A stretch of DNA of 43,199 nucleotides from a virus (Duplodnaviria > Caudoviricetes), in IMG/VR virus record IMGVR_UViG_3300025653_000068, positions 1 through 43,199 of that record; one strand, 5' to 3'. A program made the translations under genes and the position numbers. Within the stretch, counting starts at the first letter, position 1. Each line of letters begins with the position of its first letter. Positions 7,394 to 14,936 of this stretch are shown in pieces. The notes beneath the pieces were generated by a model that worked only from the letters and a program-made list of their open reading frames with translations, did no database searches and was not told the origin of the DNA.

Positions 7394-7876
7394 ATGAAAA
7401 CTATTTTTTCTATTGCCGCAATTGCACTTTTGGGAGCAACTGTTGTTGGTTGTGAAGAAACTTCCTCGGATCGTAAACAACGCAATGCTCAAGAACGAAT
7501 TCTCAAGGAAGCAACCGCACAAACAGGTATGCCTGCAATCAAAAACTTCCGCGAACGTAAATTGATGAAGCAAATTATTGAGATGAGAGATCAAGAGGGT
7601 TTAGTGACATATACTTATACTTTTCCTGAAGTAACTGGTATTCCTGTGTTTCTGTGTAATTCTGTTGGATATGGTCTTCCTGCAGCAATGCAATATACTA
7701 ATCCTGAAAAATATACTTCTTCAGGTGGTACTATGCCCCAAGCAGATCCTAATGGACTTTTCTCTCCAGAGAGTGCAGAAGGAACTTGGGTATTGTGTTC
7801 TGATCCTTCTGGTAATGGTAAAACTGAACCAGTTTATGTCGAACCTCGTATCATTGTTTCTCCTTTTAAACTTTAA
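7394..7876 (+). CDS. Putative lipoprotein
   Basis: MKTIFSIAAIALLGATVVG-C lipobox-like signal. Confidence 0.8.
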   Translation: MKTIFSIAAIALLGATVVGCEETSSDRKQRNAQERILKEATAQTGMPAIKNFRERKLMKQIIEMRDQEGLVTYTYTFPEVTGIPVFLCNSVGYGLPAAMQYTNPEKYTSSGGTMPQADPNGLFSPESAEGTWVLCSDPSGNGKTEPVYVEPRIIVSPFKL

Positions 7877-7946
7877 ATCATGGGTCAGTTAGTATTTCAT
7901 TCTCAATCGATGTGTTAAATAAATCTTATATTCCTAACACATCAAA

Positions 7947-8022
7947 GACAATGTGTTAACTGTCACATGACCTCCCCCAAAAAGGGAGGTTCTTTTGTAT
8001 ACTGACTACAGGCAAAACAAAC
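7947..8022 (+). promoter_or_regulatory. Early promoter/stem-loop cassette, copy 6
   Basis: AACTGTCACA; stem GACCTCCC/GGGAGGTT; TTGTATACTGACTACAGGCAAAACAAAC identical to 6593-6620. Confidence 0.8.
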
Positions 8023-8026
8023 TAAG

Positions 8027-8236
8027 ATGACTTTAATTTCTAAAACTAAATTTGAATGGGGTCTTGTAATTAATACATCTAATAAAACAGTTGATGTAGT
8101 AAAATCATCTTATAGAGATACTGTTGTAAAAACATTACCATGGATTGAAGGTTATTCTCTTATGAATATGGTAATATTTTGTGAGGAATGTCGTAAGAAA
8201 AGAGGTTATAGTTTCTTAGAGGTGTGCTTGTGCTAA
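8027..8236 (+). CDS. Hypothetical protein
   Basis: 69-aa ORF downstream of cassette. Confidence 0.7.
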   Translation: MTLISKTKFEWGLVINTSNKTVDVVKSSYRDTVVKTLPWIEGYSLMNMVIFCEECRKKRGYSFLEVCLC

Positions 8237-8241
8237 CGAAT

Positions 8242-8299
8242 AATCCACTTCCACAACCGTCACAGCACTCCTTGCACGGGGTCTTTTTTATGATAAATA
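8242..8299 (+). promoter_or_regulatory. Cassette copy 7, ending in a late-type TAAATA
   Basis: 8242-8274 is identical to 96-128 (33 bp); weaker stem; TAAATA 8294-8299 in place of TATAAT. Confidence 0.75.
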
Positions 8300-8323
8300 T
8301 TTTCATCACCCTTAAAAAAAATA

Positions 8324-8653
8324 ATGGCAAAACTTTCAGAAAAGATTACTGATGAGCAGGTTGAAGAGTTTGATCTTAGAAAATCATTAGAACCTATTGA
8401 AAGTTGTACGTTTAAACAGGAAGACAAACCTGGGATTATTACTTATCATGACATTGAGTTGAATAAAAAGTATAGGATTAATAATCCAGGTCATAAAGGA
8501 ACGCATAATCAAATCGTAGAGGTAACCAGTTTCTTATACAAGTGGAACGTTGATGAAATGACAGAGCAACCTCTTGGTGTTGGAATAAAATTCCAAAAAA
8601 ATAATAAAAATGGAACTTATTACAAAATATCACATTTAAATCTAATTGATTGA
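8324..8653 (+). CDS. Hypothetical protein
   Basis: 109-aa ORF. Confidence 0.75.
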   Translation: MAKLSEKITDEQVEEFDLRKSLEPIESCTFKQEDKPGIITYHDIELNKKYRINNPGHKGTHNQIVEVTSFLYKWNVDEMTEQPLGVGIKFQKNNKNGTYYKISHLNLID

Positions 8654-8658
8654 CTATT

Positions 8659-8895
8659 ATGAACTTTATTATTTACAGTAAAAATGGCTGCTATTATTGT
8701 GATCAAATAAAAAAGGTATTAACGCTTGCAAATATTGAGTATTTGTCTTATGATTTGGGTAAGGATTTTACTAAAGAGGATTTTTATTCTAAGTTTGGAT
8801 CTGGATCTACTTTTCCCCAAGTGCTTCTAAATGGAAATAAACTTGGAGGATGTACGCAAACACTCAAATATATAAAAGAAAACAACCTTTTTTAA
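8659..8895 (+). CDS. nrdC: Glutaredoxin (NrdC-like)
   Basis: YSKNGCYYC, TFPQV, LGGC. Confidence 0.9.
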   Translation: MNFIIYSKNGCYYCDQIKKVLTLANIEYLSYDLGKDFTKEDFYSKFGSGSTFPQVLLNGNKLGGCTQTLKYIKENNLF

Positions 8896-8897
8896 AT

Positions 8898-9248
8898 GTG
8901 GAACAAGAAGTGTATTACGACGTAGAAAAATCTATTGATTACGCTTTTGAGGGAAAGTTCGTTATGAAGTTTTATGATTATTTGAAGCTTCGTAAAACTT
9001 TAAAACGAGAAGTTGAAGAGTTTATTTCAAGTGAAACTGCACAAAGTATTTCTTATATGATTAATGATCTTGAAGAATATATTAAAGGCGGTGCTGACGA
9101 ACAACATAAACAACTTCGTGAGGGATATGGACATATCCCTAAACCACAAGCGAGAAAAATTAAAACTTATCTTAGTGGCATATTAGAAGATGCGGAGAAG
9201 TACAACTATGAGAAGAGGAGAGGAAGAAGAAAAAAGGCAACTAAATAG
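8898..9248 (+). CDS. Conserved cyanophage hypothetical protein
   Basis: Likely GTG start after glutaredoxin; HKQLREGYGHIPKPQARKIK, basic C-terminus. Confidence 0.75.
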   Translation: MEQEVYYDVEKSIDYAFEGKFVMKFYDYLKLRKTLKREVEEFISSETAQSISYMINDLEEYIKGGADEQHKQLREGYGHIPKPQARKIKTYLSGILEDAEKYNYEKRRGRRKKATK

Positions 9249-9288
9249 TACAGATGATCCTTTAGAGATTAATAAAGGATTTGAGTTA

Positions 9289-9423
9289 ATGCTAAAACGG
9301 AACAGGAGGGAATCACCTAAGCCTAAAACCTTTCAAGTTAGGTTTGGTAAGATGATATCTCTCTTCCGAAGAGAGATTCATTTTAACTTCAACCTAGAAC
9401 TTGATATTAAAAAATCAAAGTAA
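9289..9423 (+). CDS. Small basic hypothetical protein (start uncertain)
   Basis: MLKRNRRESPKPKTFQVRFGKMISLFRREIHF; TAAATA at 9242 upstream. Confidence 0.6.
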   Translation: MLKRNRRESPKPKTFQVRFGKMISLFRREIHFNFNLELDIKKSK

Positions 9424-9440
9424 CCTCAGGGGTAAAGTAA

Positions 9441-9665
9441 ATGGAACATGCATTAGTGCTCACCATGTCTGTAATGATGACCTTGCTATTTTTCTTAGTT
9501 GGTGGTATAGTAGGTTGGATCGCAAATAGAGTTTATCTAGAAAATCAACCAATCAATATGCATCCCGAGTTTTTTGATCAAAATGGCAACATTATTCCAG
9601 ATGAAATCCTAGCAGTACGTTTTGAAAATGACGATGACACAGAAGACTACAACAACGAAGACTAA
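9441..9665 (+). CDS. Small membrane protein
   Basis: N-terminal TM; HPEFFDQNGNIIPDEILAVRFEN. Confidence 0.8.
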   Translation: MEHALVLTMSVMMTLLFFLVGGIVGWIANRVYLENQPINMHPEFFDQNGNIIPDEILAVRFENDDDTEDYNNED

Positions 9666-10227
9666 TCGAAAAAGACCACAGGTACAACCTACTAAGTTAG
9701 ATCCAAACTGTTTTCAGCATGAGATTCTAGATCTAGTAAGCAATCAAAGGAGTGCCAGTAAAAAAATCCAATATTTACAAGAGTATCGTAACCATGCTCT
9801 TGTATCTATTTTTATTTGGAACTTTGATGATTCTGTAGTAAGTCTTCTTCCTCCTGGAGAAGTACCGTATGCTGATATTAAAGAAATGAGTTCGGTTGGA
9901 GGCACTCTTTCTGATTCTGTTAATAGACAACTTAGCGGACAAGGAAAAGGTGTTGGGTATAATGGAGTTGATGGTGATGTCCGTCAAGGAAGAACTTCAT
10001 TGAGAAACGAATACGATAAACTTTATAACTTTGTAAAAAATGGCAACAAAACATTGTCATCTATTCGTAGAGAGACTATGTTTATCAACATGCTTCAAGG
10101 ATTGCATCCAAGTGAAGCAGAACTTTTATGCTTAGTGAAAGATAAAAAGTTGACTGACAAGTATAAAGTTACTTGGCAAAATGTAAAAGACGCTTATCCA
10201 GATATTCGATGGGGAGGTCGTTCTTAA
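9628..10227 (+). CDS. Conserved T4-like hypothetical protein
   Basis: LPPGEVPY...RRETMFINMLQGLHPSEAELLCLVKDK motif typical of T4-like phages. Confidence 0.8.
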   Translation: MTMTQKTTTTKTNRKRPQVQPTKLDPNCFQHEILDLVSNQRSASKKIQYLQEYRNHALVSIFIWNFDDSVVSLLPPGEVPYADIKEMSSVGGTLSDSVNRQLSGQGKGVGYNGVDGDVRQGRTSLRNEYDKLYNFVKNGNKTLSSIRRETMFINMLQGLHPSEAELLCLVKDKKLTDKYKVTWQNVKDAYPDIRWGGRS

Positions 10228-10250
10228 TATAAAACTGATTTATAGTATTC

Positions 10251-10556
10251 ATGGCAAATAAAATTAATTCAAATGACCCATCATCATATGGCTGTCAGAT
10301 TCTCCTTGAAAAAACAACAATCGAACAAGCAAAAGATAAATCTTTTCCAAATGATGCTCGATTGATTTGGTATATTGTAGATGGAGAGCAACATATAGAT
10401 CTGACAAGATGTAAAAAAAATGCAGATCTTTTTGACTTTTATTATGACAAATATGGAAAAAACTCCATTCAAAAAATAGATTTTGGGTATGGTGGTATGA
10501 ATCCAAAACTTTGGGGAAATACAAATAAATCTAAAAAAAGTAAAAAAAATGAGTGA
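10251..10556 (+). CDS. Hypothetical protein
   Basis: 101-aa ORF, FDFYYDKYGK...GYGGMNPKLWG. Confidence 0.8.
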   Translation: MANKINSNDPSSYGCQILLEKTTIEQAKDKSFPNDARLIWYIVDGEQHIDLTRCKKNADLFDFYYDKYGKNSIQKIDFGYGGMNPKLWGNTNKSKKSKKNE

Positions 10557-10743
10557 AGGATTTAAAGATGAAGAAGTTGAAATCGAAGTTCAACTTAATA
10601 AAAATGAAATCGATAAAATCTTGAAAAAATATAAGAAAGCAAAAAAATATATAAAGTCTTCTTTATATGAAGTTAAAAAAATAAGTGGAACTGAAACCTA
10701 CATAACTAATCTTATTAAGGAAGCGGAGGATAATCCTTTGTAA
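10549..10743 (+). CDS. Hypothetical protein
   Basis: 64-aa coupled ORF. Confidence 0.7.
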   Translation: MSEGFKDEEVEIEVQLNKNEIDKILKKYKKAKKYIKSSLYEVKKISGTETYITNLIKEAEDNPL

Positions 10744-11070
10744 ATGGGAAAACATTTTTTGTTAAATCTTTATGGATGTCCATTTAAACTTTTAGATGAT
10801 CCAGTTATTTTGATAGATTTATTAGAAAATGCTGCTTATGTTAGCGGTGCTCATGTCATTCAAAGCATTTATAAAAAGTTTAAACCTCAAGGCGTAACAG
10901 TATTGACTTTACTTTCAGAAAGTCACATTAGCATTCATACATGGCCTGAAGATGGAAATGCTGCAGTTGATATCTTTACTTGCGGCGATTCTAATCCAAA
11001 GATTGGGTGTGACATTATTGTCCAACAACTATGTTCAACCAGTCATACATTAAGTTATATTGAACGCTGA
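10744..11070 (+). CDS. speD: S-adenosylmethionine decarboxylase proenzyme
   Basis: MGKH, FKPQGVT, LSESHISIHTWPE (pyruvoyl cleavage E-S), DIFTCG. Confidence 0.95.
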   Translation: MGKHFLLNLYGCPFKLLDDPVILIDLLENAAYVSGAHVIQSIYKKFKPQGVTVLTLLSESHISIHTWPEDGNAAVDIFTCGDSNPKIGCDIIVQQLCSTSHTLSYIER

Positions 11071-11161
11071 CTAAAATCGACTTTTAAATCCAAAAAAGTC
11101 GGAAAAAAAATCCCAGCAAAATTTTGGTCTGTAGGGTCGAAGTAAAATTTTATCCTCCCAC

Positions 11162-11190
11162 TTGACTAAATAATACATGAGATCTATAAT
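11162..11190 (+). promoter_or_regulatory. Sigma70-type promoter with embedded late TAAATA, driving the riboswitch transcript
   Basis: TTGACT 11162-11167, 17 bp, TATAAT 11185-11190; TAAATA 11167-11172. Confidence 0.85.
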
Positions 11191-11196
11191 GACTCA

Positions 11197-11246
11197 TACG
11201 TTCATCAGAGGTATTGCCTCTGACGCAAGTAAGTCGCGGAACGGAG
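11197..11246 (+). ncRNA. Glutamine-riboswitch-like aptamer 1 (Downstream-peptide/glnA family)
   Basis: P1 CGTTC 11199-11203 / GAACG 11239-11243; P2 TCAGAGG/CCTCTGA; GACGCAA...GGAACGG junction. Confidence 0.75.
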
Positions 11247-11305
11247 CGTAAGCAATTAGAATGATTTATTGCACTTACTACTCGTCGCTGTAAAAAATCA
11301 CTCTA

Positions 11306-11488
11306 ATCGTTCATCCCATGATTGATCTTTTACTCTATATTTCTATTTCCTGTCAAGATGCTGCTGATGTGATCAGTCGTGTCAATGAAAATGATAATGT
11401 GAGTAAAACTATTCAAACTGAGGTTATTGAAACCTTAAAGGAAGCAACACCTCAGTGTGATTGGGACGCAAACGACTGAAGGAACGGC
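11306..11488 (+). ncRNA. Glutamine-riboswitch-like aptamer 2 with ~140-nt expanded P2 loop
   Basis: CGTTCATCCCA 11308-11318 ... TGGGACGCAAACGACTGAAGGAACGG 11462-11487; directly upstream of a YRG-motif peptide gene. Confidence 0.7.
11318..11479 (+). CDS. 53-aa ORF nested within aptamer 2
   Basis: MIDLLLYISISCQDAADVISRVNENDNVSKTIQTEVIETLKEATPQCDWDAND*; phage-like codon usage, two Cys. Confidence 0.6.
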   Translation: MIDLLLYISISCQDAADVISRVNENDNVSKTIQTEVIETLKEATPQCDWDAND

Positions 11489-11521
11489 GTTTTAACAAAC
11501 CCATCCTTTAGGAGACCTACA

Positions 11522-11686
11522 ATGAACACACTTAACCTCATTCGTAATCAGATCAAGAAAGCAGCAGCTCTTCATGATGCTCAAATCGCTGCCACCACTT
11601 ACCGTGGTGTCCGCTATGAGTGTCAGCAAGGAACTGATGAAGTACATGGTACTTTCTGCTATCGTGGTCACACTTATAATAAATGA
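11522..11686 (+). CDS. DUF4278-like downstream peptide, 54 aa
   Basis: Two motifs TYRGVRY and CYRGHTY; AGGAG RBS 11510-11514; followed by a terminator. Confidence 0.85.
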   Translation: MNTLNLIRNQIKKAAALHDAQIAATTYRGVRYECQQGTDEVHGTFCYRGHTYNK

Positions 11687-11705
11687 GTTACTTGTAAACG
11701 TATGG

Positions 11706-11744
11706 AAGAGGGTTCTTGACGAACCCTCTTTTTTTATGTAAAAT
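11706..11744 (+). terminator. Intrinsic terminator overlapping a sigma70 promoter
   Basis: Perfect stem AAGAGGGTTC/GAACCCTCTT plus T-run; TTGACG 11716-11721 at the loop, 17 bp, TAAAAT 11739-11744. Confidence 0.9.
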
Positions 11745-11759
11745 ATGAGAGGTTCTACT

Positions 11760-11957
11760 ATGAAAATGGACAAAGAAAAAGTATCACTTATCGTCAAAAA
11801 TATGGAATCTCTTGTTCGACTCTTAAAGATCGAGATTGAACAAGAAGAAAAAGAATATGCCCCACTTTCTTCTACTGCTTATGAAGATATATTTTCAGAT
11901 TATAAAAAGGGTTTTGTGGATTCCGAATATGAACCAGATTATTATGAGGAACCATAA
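11760..11957 (+). CDS. Hypothetical acidic protein
   Basis: GAGG RBS 11748-11751; MKMDKEKVSLIVKNMESLVRLLK. Confidence 0.75.
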   Translation: MKMDKEKVSLIVKNMESLVRLLKIEIEQEEKEYAPLSSTAYEDIFSDYKKGFVDSEYEPDYYEEP

Positions 11958-12160
11958 TGGGAATGTATGAATCTCTGAACTGCTTTGAGGAAGCACTAAA
12001 ACATTTTGGTACTAGGGTAGAAATGATTACTGCTATGGAGGTAGCAAAAAAGTTGTCTGCCGAAGATGCATATCAAATGATAAAGAATGAACTCAAAGAA
12101 GTTAAAAAATGTCGTAAACTATTCAATAAAGGAAATAAAGATGAATGTTCGTCTGATTAG
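11957..12160 (+). CDS. Conserved cyanophage hypothetical protein
   Basis: MYESLNCFEEALKHFGTRVE..., TAATG coupling. Confidence 0.8.
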   Translation: MGMYESLNCFEEALKHFGTRVEMITAMEVAKKLSAEDAYQMIKNELKEVKKCRKLFNKGNKDECSSD

Positions 12161-12794
12161 TGTTACTCCCGACGCGGAGAAAACAATGGGTTATGTTGCT
12201 CGTGTCAGTAACCCTTCTAACCAAGAGAATCCAAAGGTTGCGGGTCTTCTTAAGTATTGTGTAAATCACCAGCATTGGAGCGTCTTTGAGCAGGCATTCA
12301 TGACGCTTGAGATTGAGACTACCCGTGGACTAGCAGCTCAAATCTTGAGGCATCGTTCGTTCACATATCAAGAGTTCTCACAACGGTATGCTGATAGTTC
12401 TCTTCTAGGAGATACTATTCCTCTTCCTGAACTACGCCGACAAGATACCAAGAATCGTCAAAATTCTATTGATGACATTGATCCTTTCATTGTGCAGAAG
12501 TATGAGATGTTGATGCAAGATCATTTTAAGAGAGGAATGGATCTCTATCAAAAGATGCTTGATGAAGGAATCGCAAAAGAGTGCTGTAGATTCGTTCTTC
12601 CACTGGCGACTCCTACTCGTCTTTATATGGCAGGTAGTTGCAGGTCTTGGATCACATATATTGCACTCCGAGAAAAAAATGGAACGCAAAAAGAGCATAT
12701 GGATATTGCTAAAGAATGTAAAAAAATCTTTGCCGAGCAATTTCCTATCTGTACAGAAGCACTTGGAGGGGTAGAAAATCAATGGGTTCTGTAA
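12141..12794 (+). CDS. thyX: Flavin-dependent thymidylate synthase
   Basis: HWSVFEQ, QILRHRSFTYQEFSQRY ThyX motif, TQKEH. Confidence 0.97.
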   Translation: MNVRLISVTPDAEKTMGYVARVSNPSNQENPKVAGLLKYCVNHQHWSVFEQAFMTLEIETTRGLAAQILRHRSFTYQEFSQRYADSSLLGDTIPLPELRRQDTKNRQNSIDDIDPFIVQKYEMLMQDHFKRGMDLYQKMLDEGIAKECCRFVLPLATPTRLYMAGSCRSWITYIALREKNGTQKEHMDIAKECKKIFAEQFPICTEALGGVENQWVL

Positions 12795-12873
12795 TGTGAT
12801 GAAGTGGGATTTATCTTTGGAAGATTTTACCAATCATATTATGAAAATATCTTCCCATTTAAGCAATAAATAA
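12790..12873 (+). pseudogene. Possible C-terminal remnant of an HNH endonuclease
   Basis: CNVMKWDLSLEDFTNHIMKISSHLSNK* resembles the CNxMKxxxSxEEFxxxIxKI tail of phage HNH nucleases. Confidence 0.4.
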
Positions 12874-12899
12874 ATTCATATCATTAAGAGGTGAAAATT

Positions 12900-13148
12900 T
12901 TGGCAACATATCCCGTCGTTAATAAACAAACAGATGAAAAAAAAGAAGTCGTAATGAGTATTCACGACTGGACCCAGTGGTGTAAAGATAATCCAGATTG
13001 GACACGCGATTGGTCTGATCCTTCTACCTGTCCTTCTGCTTGTGAAGTGGGGGATTGGCAGAATAAGTTAGTCGCTAAAAACCCTGGTTGGAATGAAGTT
13101 CTAGACAAAGCTTCTAAAATGCCAGGATCAAAAGTAAGTAAAATCTGA
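12900..13148 (+). CDS. Conserved hypothetical protein upstream of phoH
   Basis: Likely TTG start after GAGGTG; ATYPVVNK...PGWNEVLDKASKMPGS. Confidence 0.8.
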   Translation: MATYPVVNKQTDEKKEVVMSIHDWTQWCKDNPDWTRDWSDPSTCPSACEVGDWQNKLVAKNPGWNEVLDKASKMPGSKVSKI

Positions 13149-13152
13149 ACCT

Positions 13153-13929
13153 ATGCCTGCAAAGAAAAACAAAACAGGTACTGGCACCGCAACACCAGTT
13201 CCATTTGGTATGAGCAATCGTGTTATGAAAAGAAAAAAACCCATTAATACCAGTTTTATCAAAAAGATTGAACCTTTAACGGATAATCAAGAAACCTTAT
13301 TTGATAAGTATGCACAAGATCAAAATCTTGTTGCGTATGGTGCAGCTGGCACAGGAAAAACATTTATTACACTTTACAATGCACTTTTAGATGTTCTTGA
13401 TGAAAAGTCACCATATGAAAAGATTTACATTGTAAGATCTCTCGTTGCTACTAGGGAGATTGGATTTCTTCCTGGAGATCATGAAGATAAATCATCATTG
13501 TATCAAATTCCATATAAGAATATGGTGAAATACATGTTTGAAGTTGATGAAGCGTCAAATGAAATGCTATATGCAAATCTAAAGACTCAAGGAACTATTT
13601 CTTTTTGGTCTACTTCGTTTATTCGTGGAACAACCCTAGATAAATCAATTATTATTGTGGATGAGTTTCAGAATCTAAACTTCCACGAACTAGATTCTAT
13701 TATTACTCGCGTTGGAATAGACTCTAAGATTATGTTCTGTGGAGACGCTACTCAAACAGATTTACTTAAGGAAAGAGAGCGTAATGGTATTATTGATTTT
13801 ATGAGGATTTTGCAATCTATGCCATCTTTTGATATTATTGAGTTTGGCGTAGAAGATATTGTTCGCTCAGGTCTGTGCAAAGAATATCTAGTTGCTAAAG
13901 AAACACTAAAAGCTGATTTGGATTTATGA
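13153..13929 (+). CDS. phoH: PhoH-like ATPase
   Basis: GAAGTGKT Walker A, IGFLPG, FIRGTTL, IIVDEFQN, GDATQTD, IVRSG. Confidence 0.97.
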   Translation: MPAKKNKTGTGTATPVPFGMSNRVMKRKKPINTSFIKKIEPLTDNQETLFDKYAQDQNLVAYGAAGTGKTFITLYNALLDVLDEKSPYEKIYIVRSLVATREIGFLPGDHEDKSSLYQIPYKNMVKYMFEVDEASNEMLYANLKTQGTISFWSTSFIRGTTLDKSIIIVDEFQNLNFHELDSIITRVGIDSKIMFCGDATQTDLLKERERNGIIDFMRILQSMPSFDIIEFGVEDIVRSGLCKEYLVAKETLKADLDL

Positions 13930-14594
13930 TTTTTAATCATGTAGACTTGGAGCTCCCTCGTCTTGAGAGGGAGCATATTGATGGAGTTCGTTATTATAAA
14001 GTTCATGATAATGATGAACTTCATCGTTTTGTTTCCATCACTTCTGTCATCAGTCATTATAAGAAAGATTTTTTTAATAAATGGAGACAGAGAGTTGGTG
14101 TAGAAGAAGCTGATAGGATTACTAAAAAAGCAACTAGTAGAGGAACTGACGCTCACACTTTAATCGAGCATCATTTAAAAAATGAATCGTTACCTAAAGT
14201 TCAACCTATTTCTGAACTTTTATTTAAGATTGCTAAACCAGCTTTAAATCGTATAAATAATATTCATACTCTTGAAGGATCACTGTATAGTACATATTTT
14301 GGTATTGCGGGTACTGTGGACTGTATTGCCGAGTTTGATGGAGAACTCGCTATTATTGATTTTAAAACCTCAGCAAAACCAAAACCTAGAGAGTGGATTG
14401 ATGGTTATTTCGTACAATGCTGTGCTTATGCGTGTATGTTGTATGAACTTACTGGGATTACAATAAAAAAGTTTGTTATTATTATGACTTGTGAAAATGG
14501 AGAAGTAGAAGTATACGAAGAATACGATAAGAAAAAATATATTAAACTATTAACTCAATATATCAGGAAGTTTGTCGATGATAAGACTTCTTGA
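13926..14594 (+). CDS. PD-(D/E)XK exonuclease (Cas4/RecB-like fold)
   Basis: SITSVI, RGT..H, AGTVDCIAE, IIDFKTS, Q..AY. Confidence 0.9.
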   Translation: MIFNHVDLELPRLEREHIDGVRYYKVHDNDELHRFVSITSVISHYKKDFFNKWRQRVGVEEADRITKKATSRGTDAHTLIEHHLKNESLPKVQPISELLFKIAKPALNRINNIHTLEGSLYSTYFGIAGTVDCIAEFDGELAIIDFKTSAKPKPREWIDGYFVQCCAYACMLYELTGITIKKFVIIMTCENGEVEVYEEYDKKKYIKLLTQYIRKFVDDKTS

Positions 14595-14642
14595 AATTGA
14601 TATGTTATAATGATAACATTGTGCAAGTATTATGGAGATTAA

Positions 14643-14936
14643 ATGTCACTCAATCTATTGAATTTAATGCAAATAGACTACAAACAAGAGTTTTCAAAAG
14701 AGATAGAATCAAAGTTTATTCTCCCTGCAAAGTTTGCACAAGAGATAGAAACTATAGTAAAAAATGAAGATAATATGTCATATATTGACGCTATCATTTA
14801 TTACTGTGAAAAAAATAAAATAGAACTAGAATCTGTTCCTAAACTCATATCAAAACCTCTCAAAGAAAAGATTAAATATGAAGCTATGGAACTAAACTTT
14901 TTGAAAAAAACCTCACGAGCTAAATTAAAGATTTGA
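14643..14936 (+). CDS. g33: Late transcription coactivator gp33
   Basis: FAQEIE, YIDAIIYYCE, LISKPLKEKIKYEAMELNFL; position before g59. Confidence 0.9.
   Translation: MSLNLLNLMQIDYKQEFSKEIESKFILPAKFAQEIETIVKNEDNMSYIDAIIYYCEKNKIELESVPKLISKPLKEKIKYEAMELNFLKKTSRAKLKI

Noticed and set aside
11492-11797. 101-aa minus-strand ORF
   Set aside because: Antisense shadow of the YRG peptide gene, which has the RBS, motif and terminator
13926-14594. Cas4-like nuclease as part of a CRISPR system
   Set aside because: No array or other cas genes; this is the usual exonuclease next to phoH in T4-like phages
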